A stretch of 40,826 bases of DNA. Source: Acidimicrobiia bacterium (GTDB lineage: Bacteria > Actinomycetota > Acidimicrobiia > Spongiisociales > UBA4744). Made by a program: the position numbers and the translations under genes. The stretch spans positions 1 to 40,826 of the forward strand of contig JANTGE010000003.1 of the NCBI GenBank assembly GCA_024763085.1, written 5' to 3'. Each line of letters starts with the position of its first letter. Positions within the stretch are counted from its first letter, which is position 1. Shown here piece after piece: positions 8,525 to 16,238 of the stretch. Under the pieces are notes generated by a model, which worked only from the letters and a program-made list of their open reading frames with translations, did not search any database and was not told where the DNA came from.

Positions 8525-10057
8525 ATGACGGTGCGTTCATCTCGTAAGCTCGGCGAACTGCTGGTCGACCAGCGTGTGCTGCCGCGGGACGTGCTGGAAG
8601 ACCTGCTCCGGGTCGAAGCCGACTCGGGCCGTCCTCTGGCCAAACTGCTGGTCGAGCGCGGCCACGTGCGGGAAGAAGACGTCCTTCGGGCAGTGGCGTC
8701 ACGCGTGGACGTTCCCTTCGTCGACCTTGACGATGCGCTGCTGGAACCGCAGGCAACCGGCATGCTTCCTTTCGAACGTGCCGCCGAACTGCTGGCCATG
8801 CCGGTCCGGAGAGAGTCAGACGGGACCGTGCTCGTCGCCGTCGCCGATCCGTTCAACGGGAACCTGCGACTGGCGCTCGAAGAGGACATGAAGAGTCCGG
8901 TGACGCTGGCGATGGCGACTCGAGAGGGCATCCATCGTGCCATCGAGTTCGTGTACGGAAAGGCAGCCGTCACCGCAGAGTCGAAGCCGGAACCTTCGAT
9001 CAACGACATGCTGACCTACGTGATGGAGAATGGTGGGTCAGATCTTCACCTGACCAGCGGAGTCCCACCACAGATACGGGTCAACGGTCGCCTCATGCCC
9101 ATCCCCGGATACGACCCGCTGATGCCCGCCGAACTCCGCCGGATGATCTACGGGATTCTCACCGAACGGCAGAGAGAAGCTTTGGAGGAGCACCTCGAGT
9201 TGGATGGGTCGCATCCGCTGCCCGGTCGCGGCCGATTCCGCATGAACGTGTTCTTCCAGCGGGACTCCATCGGCGCGGTGTTCCGGGCGATACCGACCGA
9301 GATCATGTCGATCGAAGAACTGGGCATGCCACCGGTCCTTGCCGAGTTCGCCGAACTCCATCGTGGCCTCGTGCTCGTCACAGGTCCGACGGGGGCCGGC
9401 AAGTCGACGACGCTCGCGGCGATCATCGACCGTATCAACAATCGGCGAGCGGTGCACATTTTGACCATCGAAGACCCGATTGAGTTTCTTCACCGGCACA
9501 AGAAGGCAATCGTCAATCAACGGGAGGTCGGGAACGACACTCTCGGCTTCCAAACGGCGCTCCGGCATGCACTTCGACAAGACCCGGACGTGCTGCTGGT
9601 GGGGGAGATGCGGGATCTCGAAACGATCTCCACGGCGCTGACGGCTGCCGAGACCGGCCACCTGGTGTTCGCAACGCTGCACACCCAGGACGCGCCCCAG
9701 ACGGTGGATCGGATCATCGACGTGTTTCCCGCGCATCAGCAACAGCAGGTCAGGGTGCAGTTGGCGGCGACGTTGCAGGCCATCGTCACTCAGCAGCTCG
9801 TACCCAGCCGAGACGGTCGCGGCAGGGTCGCCGCTGCCGAGGTGTTGGTTGCCACCCCGGCCATCAGGAACCTGATCCGGGAAGGGAAGACCCAGCAGAT
9901 CGCCACGGCGATGCAGTCCGGCGGGAAGTACGGGATGCAGACCATGGACCAGTCGCTCGCTGACCTGGTCAAGCGACAGAAGATCACGTTCGAAGAGGCC
10001 GTCGATCGCTGCGTGAACCTCGAAGACCTGCGGCGGCTGACCGGACGAGTTGCCTGA
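8525..10057 (+). CDS. pilT: Type IV pilus retraction ATPase PilT with N-terminal MshEN/N1-like extension
   Basis: GSDLHL, GPTGAGKSTTLAA, TIEDPIEF, LRQDPDVLLVGEMRD, AAETGHLVFATLHT, PilT signature AIRNLIRE, GMQTMDQSL; no tetra-Cys motif. Start 8525 or 8507. Confidence 0.93.
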   Translation: MTVRSSRKLGELLVDQRVLPRDVLEDLLRVEADSGRPLAKLLVERGHVREEDVLRAVASRVDVPFVDLDDALLEPQATGMLPFERAAELLAMPVRRESDGTVLVAVADPFNGNLRLALEEDMKSPVTLAMATREGIHRAIEFVYGKAAVTAESKPEPSINDMLTYVMENGGSDLHLTSGVPPQIRVNGRLMPIPGYDPLMPAELRRMIYGILTERQREALEEHLELDGSHPLPGRGRFRMNVFFQRDSIGAVFRAIPTEIMSIEELGMPPVLAEFAELHRGLVLVTGPTGAGKSTTLAAIIDRINNRRAVHILTIEDPIEFLHRHKKAIVNQREVGNDTLGFQTALRHALRQDPDVLLVGEMRDLETISTALTAAETGHLVFATLHTQDAPQTVDRIIDVFPAHQQQQVRVQLAATLQAIVTQQLVPSRDGRGRVAAAEVLVATPAIRNLIREGKTQQIATAMQSGGKYGMQTMDQSLADLVKRQKITFEEAVDRCVNLEDLRRLTGRVA

Positions 10058-10070
10058 CGGGAGGCCCAGC

Positions 10071-11288
10071 ATGGTCACATACGCATATCAGGTCAAAGAC
10101 AAAGAGGGCCTCATCCATAGCGGTGAGCTGAACGCAGACTCGACGGCTGCGGCAGTCCGCACCTTGCGTGATCGGGGCCTGTCTCCGATCTCGATCGAGG
10201 AGCAGAAGGCCTCCGCGCTGCAGAAAGAGATCAAGATCCCCGGTCTCTCCGGCCGGATCAAGACGAAAGAAGTGGCGGTCTTTTCTCGCCAGTTCGCCAC
10301 GATGATCAACGCTGGCCTCTCGCTGCTGCGATCCCTTGCGATCCTGTCCGAGCAGACGCCCAACCGGGCGTTCGCCGAGATCATCTCGGAGATCAAGGCC
10401 GACGTCGAAAAGGGCAAGAGCCTCTCCGAGGCGATGGACGGTCATCCGAAGGCCTTCAATCGACTGTACGTGGCGATGGTGCGCGCCGGTGAGATCGGCG
10501 GCGTGCTCGACGAGACCTTGCTTAGGTTGGCGGACACCCTGGAGCGACAGGTGGAGCTGCGCGGCAAGGTGAAGTCTGCGATGAGCTACCCGATTGCGGT
10601 GCTCGGGCTTGTTGTCCTGATCATGGCGGCCATGCTGATCTTCATCGTCCCCATGTTCGAAGACATGTACGCAGACCTGGGAGGGACGCTGCCGGTTCCA
10701 ACCCAGATACTGCTGTCTGTTTCACAGTTCGCCGTCGCGAAATGGTGGATCGTGCTGCTCGGCTTCGGGGTCTCCTTCTTCGCGTTCCGCAGGTGGGTGG
10801 CGACCGAACAAGGCCGTTTCCTCTTCGATTCGTTCAAACTGAAGGTGCCGATCTTCGGCGGTTTGACGCAGAAGACCGCGATCGCCCGCTTCTCAGAGAC
10901 GCTTGCGTCCCTGACGAGAACTGCCGTCCCGATCCTCCAGGCGATGGATATCGTCGCCGAGACCGCCGGCAATGAGGTCGTCGCTCGAGCCGTCAGGGAG
11001 GTCCGCTCGTCGGTCAAAGAGGGCGAGTCGTTGGCACAGCCACTGTCGAAACATCCCATCTTCCCGCCCATGGTCGTGCAGATGCTGGCCGTTGGCGAAG
11101 AGACTGGGGCACTCGACACGATGCTGGAGAAGATCGGCGACTTCTACAACGCCGAGGTCAACGCGACGGTGGACAGCCTGACCTCGCTCCTCGAACCACT
11201 CTTGATGGTCGTGCTGGGCGGGTCCGTTGGCGGCATGATCGTCGCCCTCTACATGCCGATGTTCAACCTCATCAACCTGGTGCAGTAG
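10071..11288 (+). CDS. pilC: Type IV pilus platform protein PilC (GspF family)
   Basis: FSRQFATMINAGL, MVRAGEIGGVLD, KVKSAMSYP, VGEETGALDTML, LLEP..ALYMPMF; RBS GGGAGG before ATG 10071. Confidence 0.96.
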   Translation: MVTYAYQVKDKEGLIHSGELNADSTAAAVRTLRDRGLSPISIEEQKASALQKEIKIPGLSGRIKTKEVAVFSRQFATMINAGLSLLRSLAILSEQTPNRAFAEIISEIKADVEKGKSLSEAMDGHPKAFNRLYVAMVRAGEIGGVLDETLLRLADTLERQVELRGKVKSAMSYPIAVLGLVVLIMAAMLIFIVPMFEDMYADLGGTLPVPTQILLSVSQFAVAKWWIVLLGFGVSFFAFRRWVATEQGRFLFDSFKLKVPIFGGLTQKTAIARFSETLASLTRTAVPILQAMDIVAETAGNEVVARAVREVRSSVKEGESLAQPLSKHPIFPPMVVQMLAVGEETGALDTMLEKIGDFYNAEVNATVDSLTSLLEPLLMVVLGGSVGGMIVALYMPMFNLINLVQ

Positions 11289-11396
11289 GCAGGCGACCTG
11301 CGACCCCAGAGTGCGGCTCTGAGAAAGTACCTGGTACTTGGTACCAGGTACTTTGGCATTGAAAGCCATCCACTTCGGGTTGGTCATGTCGCCTGC
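11289..11396. repeat. 108-nt nested imperfect inverted repeat with a perfect 14-bp core palindrome (11324-11354)
   Basis: Outer arms GCAGGCGAC (11289-97) and GTCGCCTGC (11388-96); core AAAGTACCTGGTAC-TTG-GTACCAGGTACTTT; intermediate imperfect arms. Confidence 0.85.
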
Positions 11397-11464
11397 GGTT
11401 TGGTCGACAGGGAACTAGTCCGCCGAGCAGGCCGACGATTGGTTCGCGTATGCGACTGAAAGTG

Positions 11465-11493
11465 CTCAAGGACATACGCTCGGTGGTCGATAG
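11465..11493 (+). promoter_or_regulatory. Putative sigma-28/WhiG-family promoter CTCAAG-N15-GTCGATAG
   Basis: Upstream of the major pilin. Followed by a small hairpin GGACCG-AGATC-CGGTCC (11504-11520) and SD GAAGGAG. Confidence 0.7.
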
Positions 11494-11536
11494 CGCATCT
11501 GAGGGACCGAGATCCGGTCCGGAAGGAGAAACCATC

Positions 11537-12010
11537 ATGATGCGCAAGATCCGCGAAGGACTTCGCAACGAAGAAGGCTTCACCCTCGTCGAGTTGATGG
11601 TGGTCGTGCTGATCATTGCCATTCTCATGGCGATTGCCATCCCGACGTTCCTGGGTGCTCGCGAGAAGGCGCAGGACCGCGCCGCGCAGAGCGACCTGCG
11701 GAACGGATTGACTGCAGCGAAGGTGTTCTATGTGGATGGGGAGACCTACCTCGACACTGACGCTGCAACGACGGCGGCTGCCTACGAAGCCCTCGAGCCG
11801 AGCATCGACTTCGATACGGTGGCAAATACGAGCACCAGCAAAGTCGGCGTGCTCGCCACAGCCAGTACCGTTCTGTTGACCAAGGAGAGCGCATCAGGGA
11901 CGTTCTTCTGCATCGCCGATGATACGAGCGGTGGCGGCACGACCTACGGGTCCGGTGCTGCGCTGGCCGATGTAGACACGGTCCTCGAGTGCAACGGCAC
12001 CAGCTGGTAG
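11537..12010 (+). CDS. pilA: Type IVa pilin, probable major pilin
   Basis: Class III signal peptide ...NEEG|FTLVELMVVVLIIAILMAIAIP with E5 and P22; C-terminal Cys pair; strong SD, own promoter and terminator. Confidence 0.92.
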   Translation: MMRKIREGLRNEEGFTLVELMVVVLIIAILMAIAIPTFLGAREKAQDRAAQSDLRNGLTAAKVFYVDGETYLDTDAATTAAAYEALEPSIDFDTVANTSTSKVGVLATASTVLLTKESASGTFFCIADDTSGGGTTYGSGAALADVDTVLECNGTSW

Positions 12011-12028
12011 TCCGAGAACCGAACGCCG

Positions 12029-12055
12029 AGAGAGGGTGGCTCAGCCACCCTCTCT
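12029..12055 (+). terminator. Intrinsic terminator-like hairpin after pilA
   Basis: Perfect 12-bp stem AGAGAGGGTGGC-TCA-GCCACCCTCTCT, 18 nt after the pilA stop; weak U tract. Confidence 0.75.
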
Positions 12056-12075
12056 TCGCGTTGCGGGGTGTTCCA

Positions 12076-12104
12076 CTCAAGGTGAGCCCTCGCCGCACCG
12101 ATGA
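12076..12104 (+). promoter_or_regulatory. Putative sigma-28/WhiG-family promoter CTCAAG-N15-ACCGATGA
   Basis: Directly after the pilA terminator and before the second pilin. Confidence 0.68.
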
Positions 12105-12114
12105 CATGAGCGAT

Positions 12115-12561
12115 ATGAAATCGGAGAGAGGCTTCACGCTTGTCGAGCTGATGGTGGTGGTGCTGATCATCGCCATGCTCATGGCGATCGGCATCCCGAC
12201 GTTCCTAGGTGCGCGAGAGCGGGCGCAAGACCGGGCAGCTGAGAGCAGGCTGATAGCCGCTCTCAAGACCGAGGAGGTCGTCGCCGTCGACGATGCCCAG
12301 TACACTGCCGTGGTGGCGATCTTGGCTGCTGCGGAACCGGCGCTCGACTGGTCGGGCGTTGCCGACGACTCGATTCACATCGTGGTCGGCGCGACGGTCA
12401 ATGCCAACGACACGGTGCTGCTCTACACGCAATCGAGCACCGGCTCGTGGCTCGGCGTGAAACGAGTCGCACAGGGTCCTACCACCGGCGTCTACACCTG
12501 CATCGGAGCGGCCCGCGCGGATGTCGATGACCTTGCCGACTGCACGGGGACGGAGTGGTAG
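12115..12561 (+). CDS. Second type IVa pilin (pilA paralog)
   Basis: MKSERG|FTLVELMVVVLIIAMLMAIGIPTFLGARERAQDRAA; Cys pair; ends CTGTEW. Start 12115 or 12106. Confidence 0.9.
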   Translation: MKSERGFTLVELMVVVLIIAMLMAIGIPTFLGARERAQDRAAESRLIAALKTEEVVAVDDAQYTAVVAILAAAEPALDWSGVADDSIHIVVGATVNANDTVLLYTQSSTGSWLGVKRVAQGPTTGVYTCIGAARADVDDLADCTGTEW

Positions 12562-13319
12562 TCGCTCTCGCCGCCATCCTTGGCCTCATCGTCGGTTCGT
12601 TCATCAACGTTGTCGCCTATCGGGTTCCAGAAGGAAAGTCCGTCGTTTCTCCAGGATCGGCGTGTCCGAACTGTGGAACTCCGATCAGACCCTATGACAA
12701 CATCCCGGTTGTCTCATGGCTCGTGCTGCGTGGGCGGTGCCGGGACTGTGGTAGTCGCATCTCCGTACGGTATCCGGTAGTGGAGGCGGGGACCGCAGTA
12801 CTCTTTGCCGCCGCCTTATTGGTCGTGGGCCTGCATTGGATCCTGGCCGCGTACCTGTGGTTTGCCGGTGTGACCATGACCCTCATCCTCACCGACCTCG
12901 ACCATCATCGACTACCCAACAAGATCGTCTATGTCGGAACGGCGGTTGGGGTCGTCCTCCTGACTGCCGGTGCTGTTGCCGACGGTCTGACGTCGAACTT
13001 GGGGAGGGCGCTGCTGGGCGGCGTGATCTACTTCGGCCTGCTCCTCCTCATCGCCATCGCTGCCCGCGGGGGCTTCGGCATGGGGGACGTCAAGCTCTCC
13101 TTCATGCTCGGCGTGTTCCTCGCCTTCCGCTCCTGGGCGGTGCTCGCATCCGGCGTCTTTCTGGCGTTCTTCGTCGGTGGCATCGTCTCGGTTGGCTTGC
13201 TGCTGCTGAGGCGGCGTGGTCGTAAGGACGCGATCGCCTTCGGCCCGGCCCTCATCGTTGGGGCCTGGCTTGCCCTGGGCATCGGAGAGCCGCTCGTACG
13301 GTGGTACCTCGGCGTCTGA
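12555..13319 (+). CDS. pilD: Prepilin peptidase/N-methyltransferase PilD (A24A)
   Basis: GSFINVVAYRVP, CPNC..DNIPVVSWLVLRGRCRDC..ISVRYPVVE, catalytic Asp motifs TDLDHHRLP and GMGDVKL, AFGPAL. Confidence 0.95.
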   Translation: MVVALAAILGLIVGSFINVVAYRVPEGKSVVSPGSACPNCGTPIRPYDNIPVVSWLVLRGRCRDCGSRISVRYPVVEAGTAVLFAAALLVVGLHWILAAYLWFAGVTMTLILTDLDHHRLPNKIVYVGTAVGVVLLTAGAVADGLTSNLGRALLGGVIYFGLLLLIAIAARGGFGMGDVKLSFMLGVFLAFRSWAVLASGVFLAFFVGGIVSVGLLLLRRRGRKDAIAFGPALIVGAWLALGIGEPLVRWYLGV

Positions 13320-13412
13320 TTGCTTGCAGCTTCTACCGTCCATTGGTAGGGTTCAAACAACATCGATGTAATTCGATGGTTGCCGGAGCGCTACCGGCTG
13401 GGCGGAGTAAAC

Positions 13413-14477
13413 ATGACGACGAATGTCGGGTTGGACATCGGCACCAGTGCTGTAAGAGCAGCCATGGTACAGATGCAAAGGGGAGCACCGGTACTCAAAC
13501 GGTACGGCCAAGTCGCGCTGACCGAAGGTGCCGTGGTCGGCGGTGAAATCGTCGACCCCGATCTGGTGCGAGATGCCCTGATCGCGCTCTGGAAGAGCGC
13601 GAAACTCCCGAAAAGACGGGTCGTCGTCGGCATCGCCAACCAGCGGATCATCGTTCGCCGCCTCGACGTTCCCTACATGTCCGAAGAGGAACTGCGGGAG
13701 TCGCTCGCCTTCCGGGCGGCGGAGTACGTTCCGATGGCGATCGACGACGCCGTCCTCGACTTCGTGCCCCTCGAAGAGTTCGCCACTCCAGAAGGCGAAG
13801 CCATGCTGTCGGTCCTTGTCATTGCCGCCCAGAAAGACATGATCGACGAAGTGCTTGGAGTGGTGACGGGGGCCGGCATCAAACCTATGGCGCTCGACCT
13901 TCAAGCGTTTGCGATGGTCCGGGCCGCGTTCGGCACCGAATTCGATGTGCCCCCGGGTTCTCAGGCAATGGTCAACATCGGTGCTGGGGTGACGCAGGTT
14001 GCGATCCTCAAGAACGGAACCGTTCGCTTTCTGCGCATCATGCCGATGGGAGGGAGCTCATTCACGAGAGCGCTGGCAAGCGCCGCGTCCATTTCATCGG
14101 ATGAAGCCGAACGCTTGAAGCGCCGCATCGGTGTTCTTCCAGAGGGCCGCGCAGATGCGGAAGGGGACCCGGGGAGAGCCGCCCTCACGAGGGAAGCCGA
14201 CGCCCTCATCGAGGAAGTTCGGGGGTCCCTCGACTTCTACCTCTCCGAAGCCCAGGATGAACGCATTGAGCGAGTCCTGATCTCCGGCAACGGAGCCAGA
14301 CTGCCCCATCTGGCCAACCGGCTGGCTTCGCAACTCGAGGTACCCATCGAACCGCTCCGGGTGTTGGCAGAGGGAAGGGTGCAAACGGGCAAGGTCGGCA
14401 TGTCCGAAGCAGAACTGGCACAGATCGAACCGGTCTTGCCTGTGCCGCTCGGCCTTGCGATGTGGGGTGAAGCCTGA
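13413..14477 (+). CDS. pilM: Type IV pilus assembly protein PilM (actin-like)
   Basis: VGLDIGTSAVRA, MVNIGAGVTQV, MGGSSFTRAL, EEVRGSLDFY, ISGNGARL; SD GGAG before ATG 13413. Confidence 0.93.
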   Translation: MTTNVGLDIGTSAVRAAMVQMQRGAPVLKRYGQVALTEGAVVGGEIVDPDLVRDALIALWKSAKLPKRRVVVGIANQRIIVRRLDVPYMSEEELRESLAFRAAEYVPMAIDDAVLDFVPLEEFATPEGEAMLSVLVIAAQKDMIDEVLGVVTGAGIKPMALDLQAFAMVRAAFGTEFDVPPGSQAMVNIGAGVTQVAILKNGTVRFLRIMPMGGSSFTRALASAASISSDEAERLKRRIGVLPEGRADAEGDPGRAALTREADALIEEVRGSLDFYLSEAQDERIERVLISGNGARLPHLANRLASQLEVPIEPLRVLAEGRVQTGKVGMSEAELAQIEPVLPVPLGLAMWGEA

Positions 14478-15097
14478 TGCGTCCCGTCAACCTGCTGCCG
14501 GGAGAGCTGGCCAAGAAAGCCGCAGGCCGCCGCCGACTGTTTGGCCTCATGGCCCTCGGAGCAGCCTATGTGTTGGTGCTGGTCATGGTGGCCGTGTGGT
14601 GGAACGGGAAGCTCGCAGACGCCGAGGCGGAGCTGGCGCGGCAGGAGCAACTCAACACTGCTACCTCAGGCAAGATCGCAGCGCTGAAAGATGCCGAGGA
14701 GCTCAGATCCACCTACGACACCGATGTGGCCCTGGTACAAGCTGCGCTGGCACGCGACGTCGCATGGGGGCGACTCTTCAACGACCTTGCCCGGGTGATT
14801 CCCGAGCGGGTATGGCTCACAGGATTCTCCGGGACGGCCGTCGATGATCCGGATGCGCCGGAAGTGTACGGACAGCTGCAAATGAGTGGCACGGCGTTCG
14901 ACTACCCGGACGTCTCGACCTGGCTTCGGGTACTCGACGAGGATCCCTGGCCCTCGGTCGGTGGAGGATGGGTGACATCAGCCACGCTCTCGAGCATCGG
15001 TGAAGTCCCGATTGTGGAGTTCAACTCTGCTGCATCTCTGACCGCAGCAAGCCTTTCCGAACGCGCCGCCGAACGGATACCCGAGGTGCCGCAATGA
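14477..15097 (+). CDS. pilN: Type IV pilus alignment protein PilN
   Basis: N-terminal VNLLP motif, TM helix, coiled coil, W..LFNDLARVIPERVWLTGF. Confidence 0.9.
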   Translation: MRPVNLLPGELAKKAAGRRRLFGLMALGAAYVLVLVMVAVWWNGKLADAEAELARQEQLNTATSGKIAALKDAEELRSTYDTDVALVQAALARDVAWGRLFNDLARVIPERVWLTGFSGTAVDDPDAPEVYGQLQMSGTAFDYPDVSTWLRVLDEDPWPSVGGGWVTSATLSSIGEVPIVEFNSAASLTAASLSERAAERIPEVPQ

Positions 15098-15741
15098 AAC
15101 GTCAGACGCTGGTCGTCGCCTTGCTCGTCTTCGTAGCGGTCACGGCCCTGTGGTACATGTTCGGACTGCGGCCGATCAACGAGAAGATCGGCGAGACGGA
15201 TTCCCAGCTTCAGGCTGCGCAGGATGAGGCGGTGCTTCTGCAAACCAGATTGGCGAGACTGCAGAAGATCCGTGACAACGAACTCAGCTACATCTCGGCC
15301 ATAGGTGCCCTCGAAGCGCAGATTCCGCCGACGCCGAGTATGCCGGGACTCATCGAAGACCTGAACACTCTTGCCGATGAGACCGGCATCGACTGGCTCG
15401 GTGCGACCTGGGGCGCTCCGACGGAGATCGAAGGTGCAGGGTATTTCGAGATACCCATCACCTTGCAGGTCGAAGGACAATTCTTCGAACTGCTCGGCTA
15501 CCTGTACGGGATGTCGGACCTGGAGCGACTCGTCCGGATCGACGGCGTAACGATCTCCCCAACCGAGCAGGACGGCTTCATCGTGCTCAACGTGACGATC
15601 AACGCCAAAGCGTTTGCTACCAGCGGCATTGCGGTTCCGGAGATCCCTGCCGACGAAGAGACCACCACGACCACGACCGAACCGTCGACCACGACTACGA
15701 CGACGGAGGCAACCACGACGACCACGACAGGAGGTGCCTGA
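15094..15741 (+). CDS. pilO: Type IV pilus alignment protein PilO with Thr-rich tail
   Basis: N-terminal TM, coiled coil, IPPTPSMPGLIEDL, EIPITLQVEGQFFELLGYL..LERLVRID; follows pilN. Confidence 0.88.
   Translation: MKRQTLVVALLVFVAVTALWYMFGLRPINEKIGETDSQLQAAQDEAVLLQTRLARLQKIRDNELSYISAIGALEAQIPPTPSMPGLIEDLNTLADETGIDWLGATWGAPTEIEGAGYFEIPITLQVEGQFFELLGYLYGMSDLERLVRIDGVTISPTEQDGFIVLNVTINAKAFATSGIAVPEIPADEETTTTTTEPSTTTTTTEATTTTTTGGA
15661..15729 (+). repeat. Low-complexity ACN repeat encoding three runs of six Thr
   Basis: TTTTTT-EPS-TTTTTT-EA-TTTTTT at the PilO C-terminus, mixed synonymous codons. Confidence 0.9.
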
Positions 15742-16238
15742 TGACGGCGAGAACCGGCACCGCGGTCGCTGTCTCCATCCTGATGCTCGGCGTCGCGGTG
15801 GCGGTGAGCTGGCTCCTGCTCGGTCCGGCCATCATGGGAGCGTCCCCCGCGGCCCTCGACGGCCCTCTTGCCCAGCCGAGTCCTGCCGCACCCGCCCCGG
15901 CAGGGCTCGCAGGGCAGGAGATCGCCACCGGTGCGTTTCAGCTCGCCCAGCCCCGGGACCCGTTCAGGCCGCTGATCACCGAAGGATCCCCGGTTGGAGG
16001 TGGGGGAGGGACCGGCACCTTCGAGCCGTCCGGGATCCGGGTAGAGCTCATGGAGGTCCGCGACGTAGCCGGTGTCTTGCGAGCGACGGTGCAAGTCGAC
16101 TCCACCTCATACGATGTAGGAGTCGGTGACGTCTTCGCCGACGACTTCATGGTGGTGAGTCTCGACACCGACTCAGTGGTGATCCTCTACCGGGACAACG
16201 CCTTCACCCTGACGGTTGGCGATGTGATCTTCAAGTAG
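15741..16238 (+). CDS. PilP/GspC-like membrane-anchored protein
   Basis: After pilO; N-terminal TM, Pro/Ala linker, RDPFRPL motif, beta-rich C-terminal domain (RATVQVDSTSYDVGVGD); no Cys, so no lipobox. Confidence 0.65.
   Translation: MTARTGTAVAVSILMLGVAVAVSWLLLGPAIMGASPAALDGPLAQPSPAAPAPAGLAGQEIATGAFQLAQPRDPFRPLITEGSPVGGGGGTGTFEPSGIRVELMEVRDVAGVLRATVQVDSTSYDVGVGDVFADDFMVVSLDTDSVVILYRDNAFTLTVGDVIFK

Noticed and set aside
11324-11354. GTAC heptamer array as a CRISPR repeat or att site
   Set aside because: Single palindrome with no spacer-separated copies, and no cas or integrase genes in the window.
11450-11536. N-terminal extensions in the ORF track for pilA (11450), pilin 2 (11989), DUF4388 (5697), ribD (32538), pyrR (19868), aroK, mihF, rpoZ and coaBC
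   Set aside because: They run through promoters, terminators, riboswitches or upstream genes; downstream starts fit SD position and family N-termini.
11579-12010. Geobacter-like conductive e-pilin (AAQSDLRN; F1, F24, F50, Y51, Y57)
   Set aside because: Aromatics are 11 of 143 mature residues (about 7.7%) and positions 27 and 32 are not aromatic; the similarity reflects the general T4a N-terminal helix.
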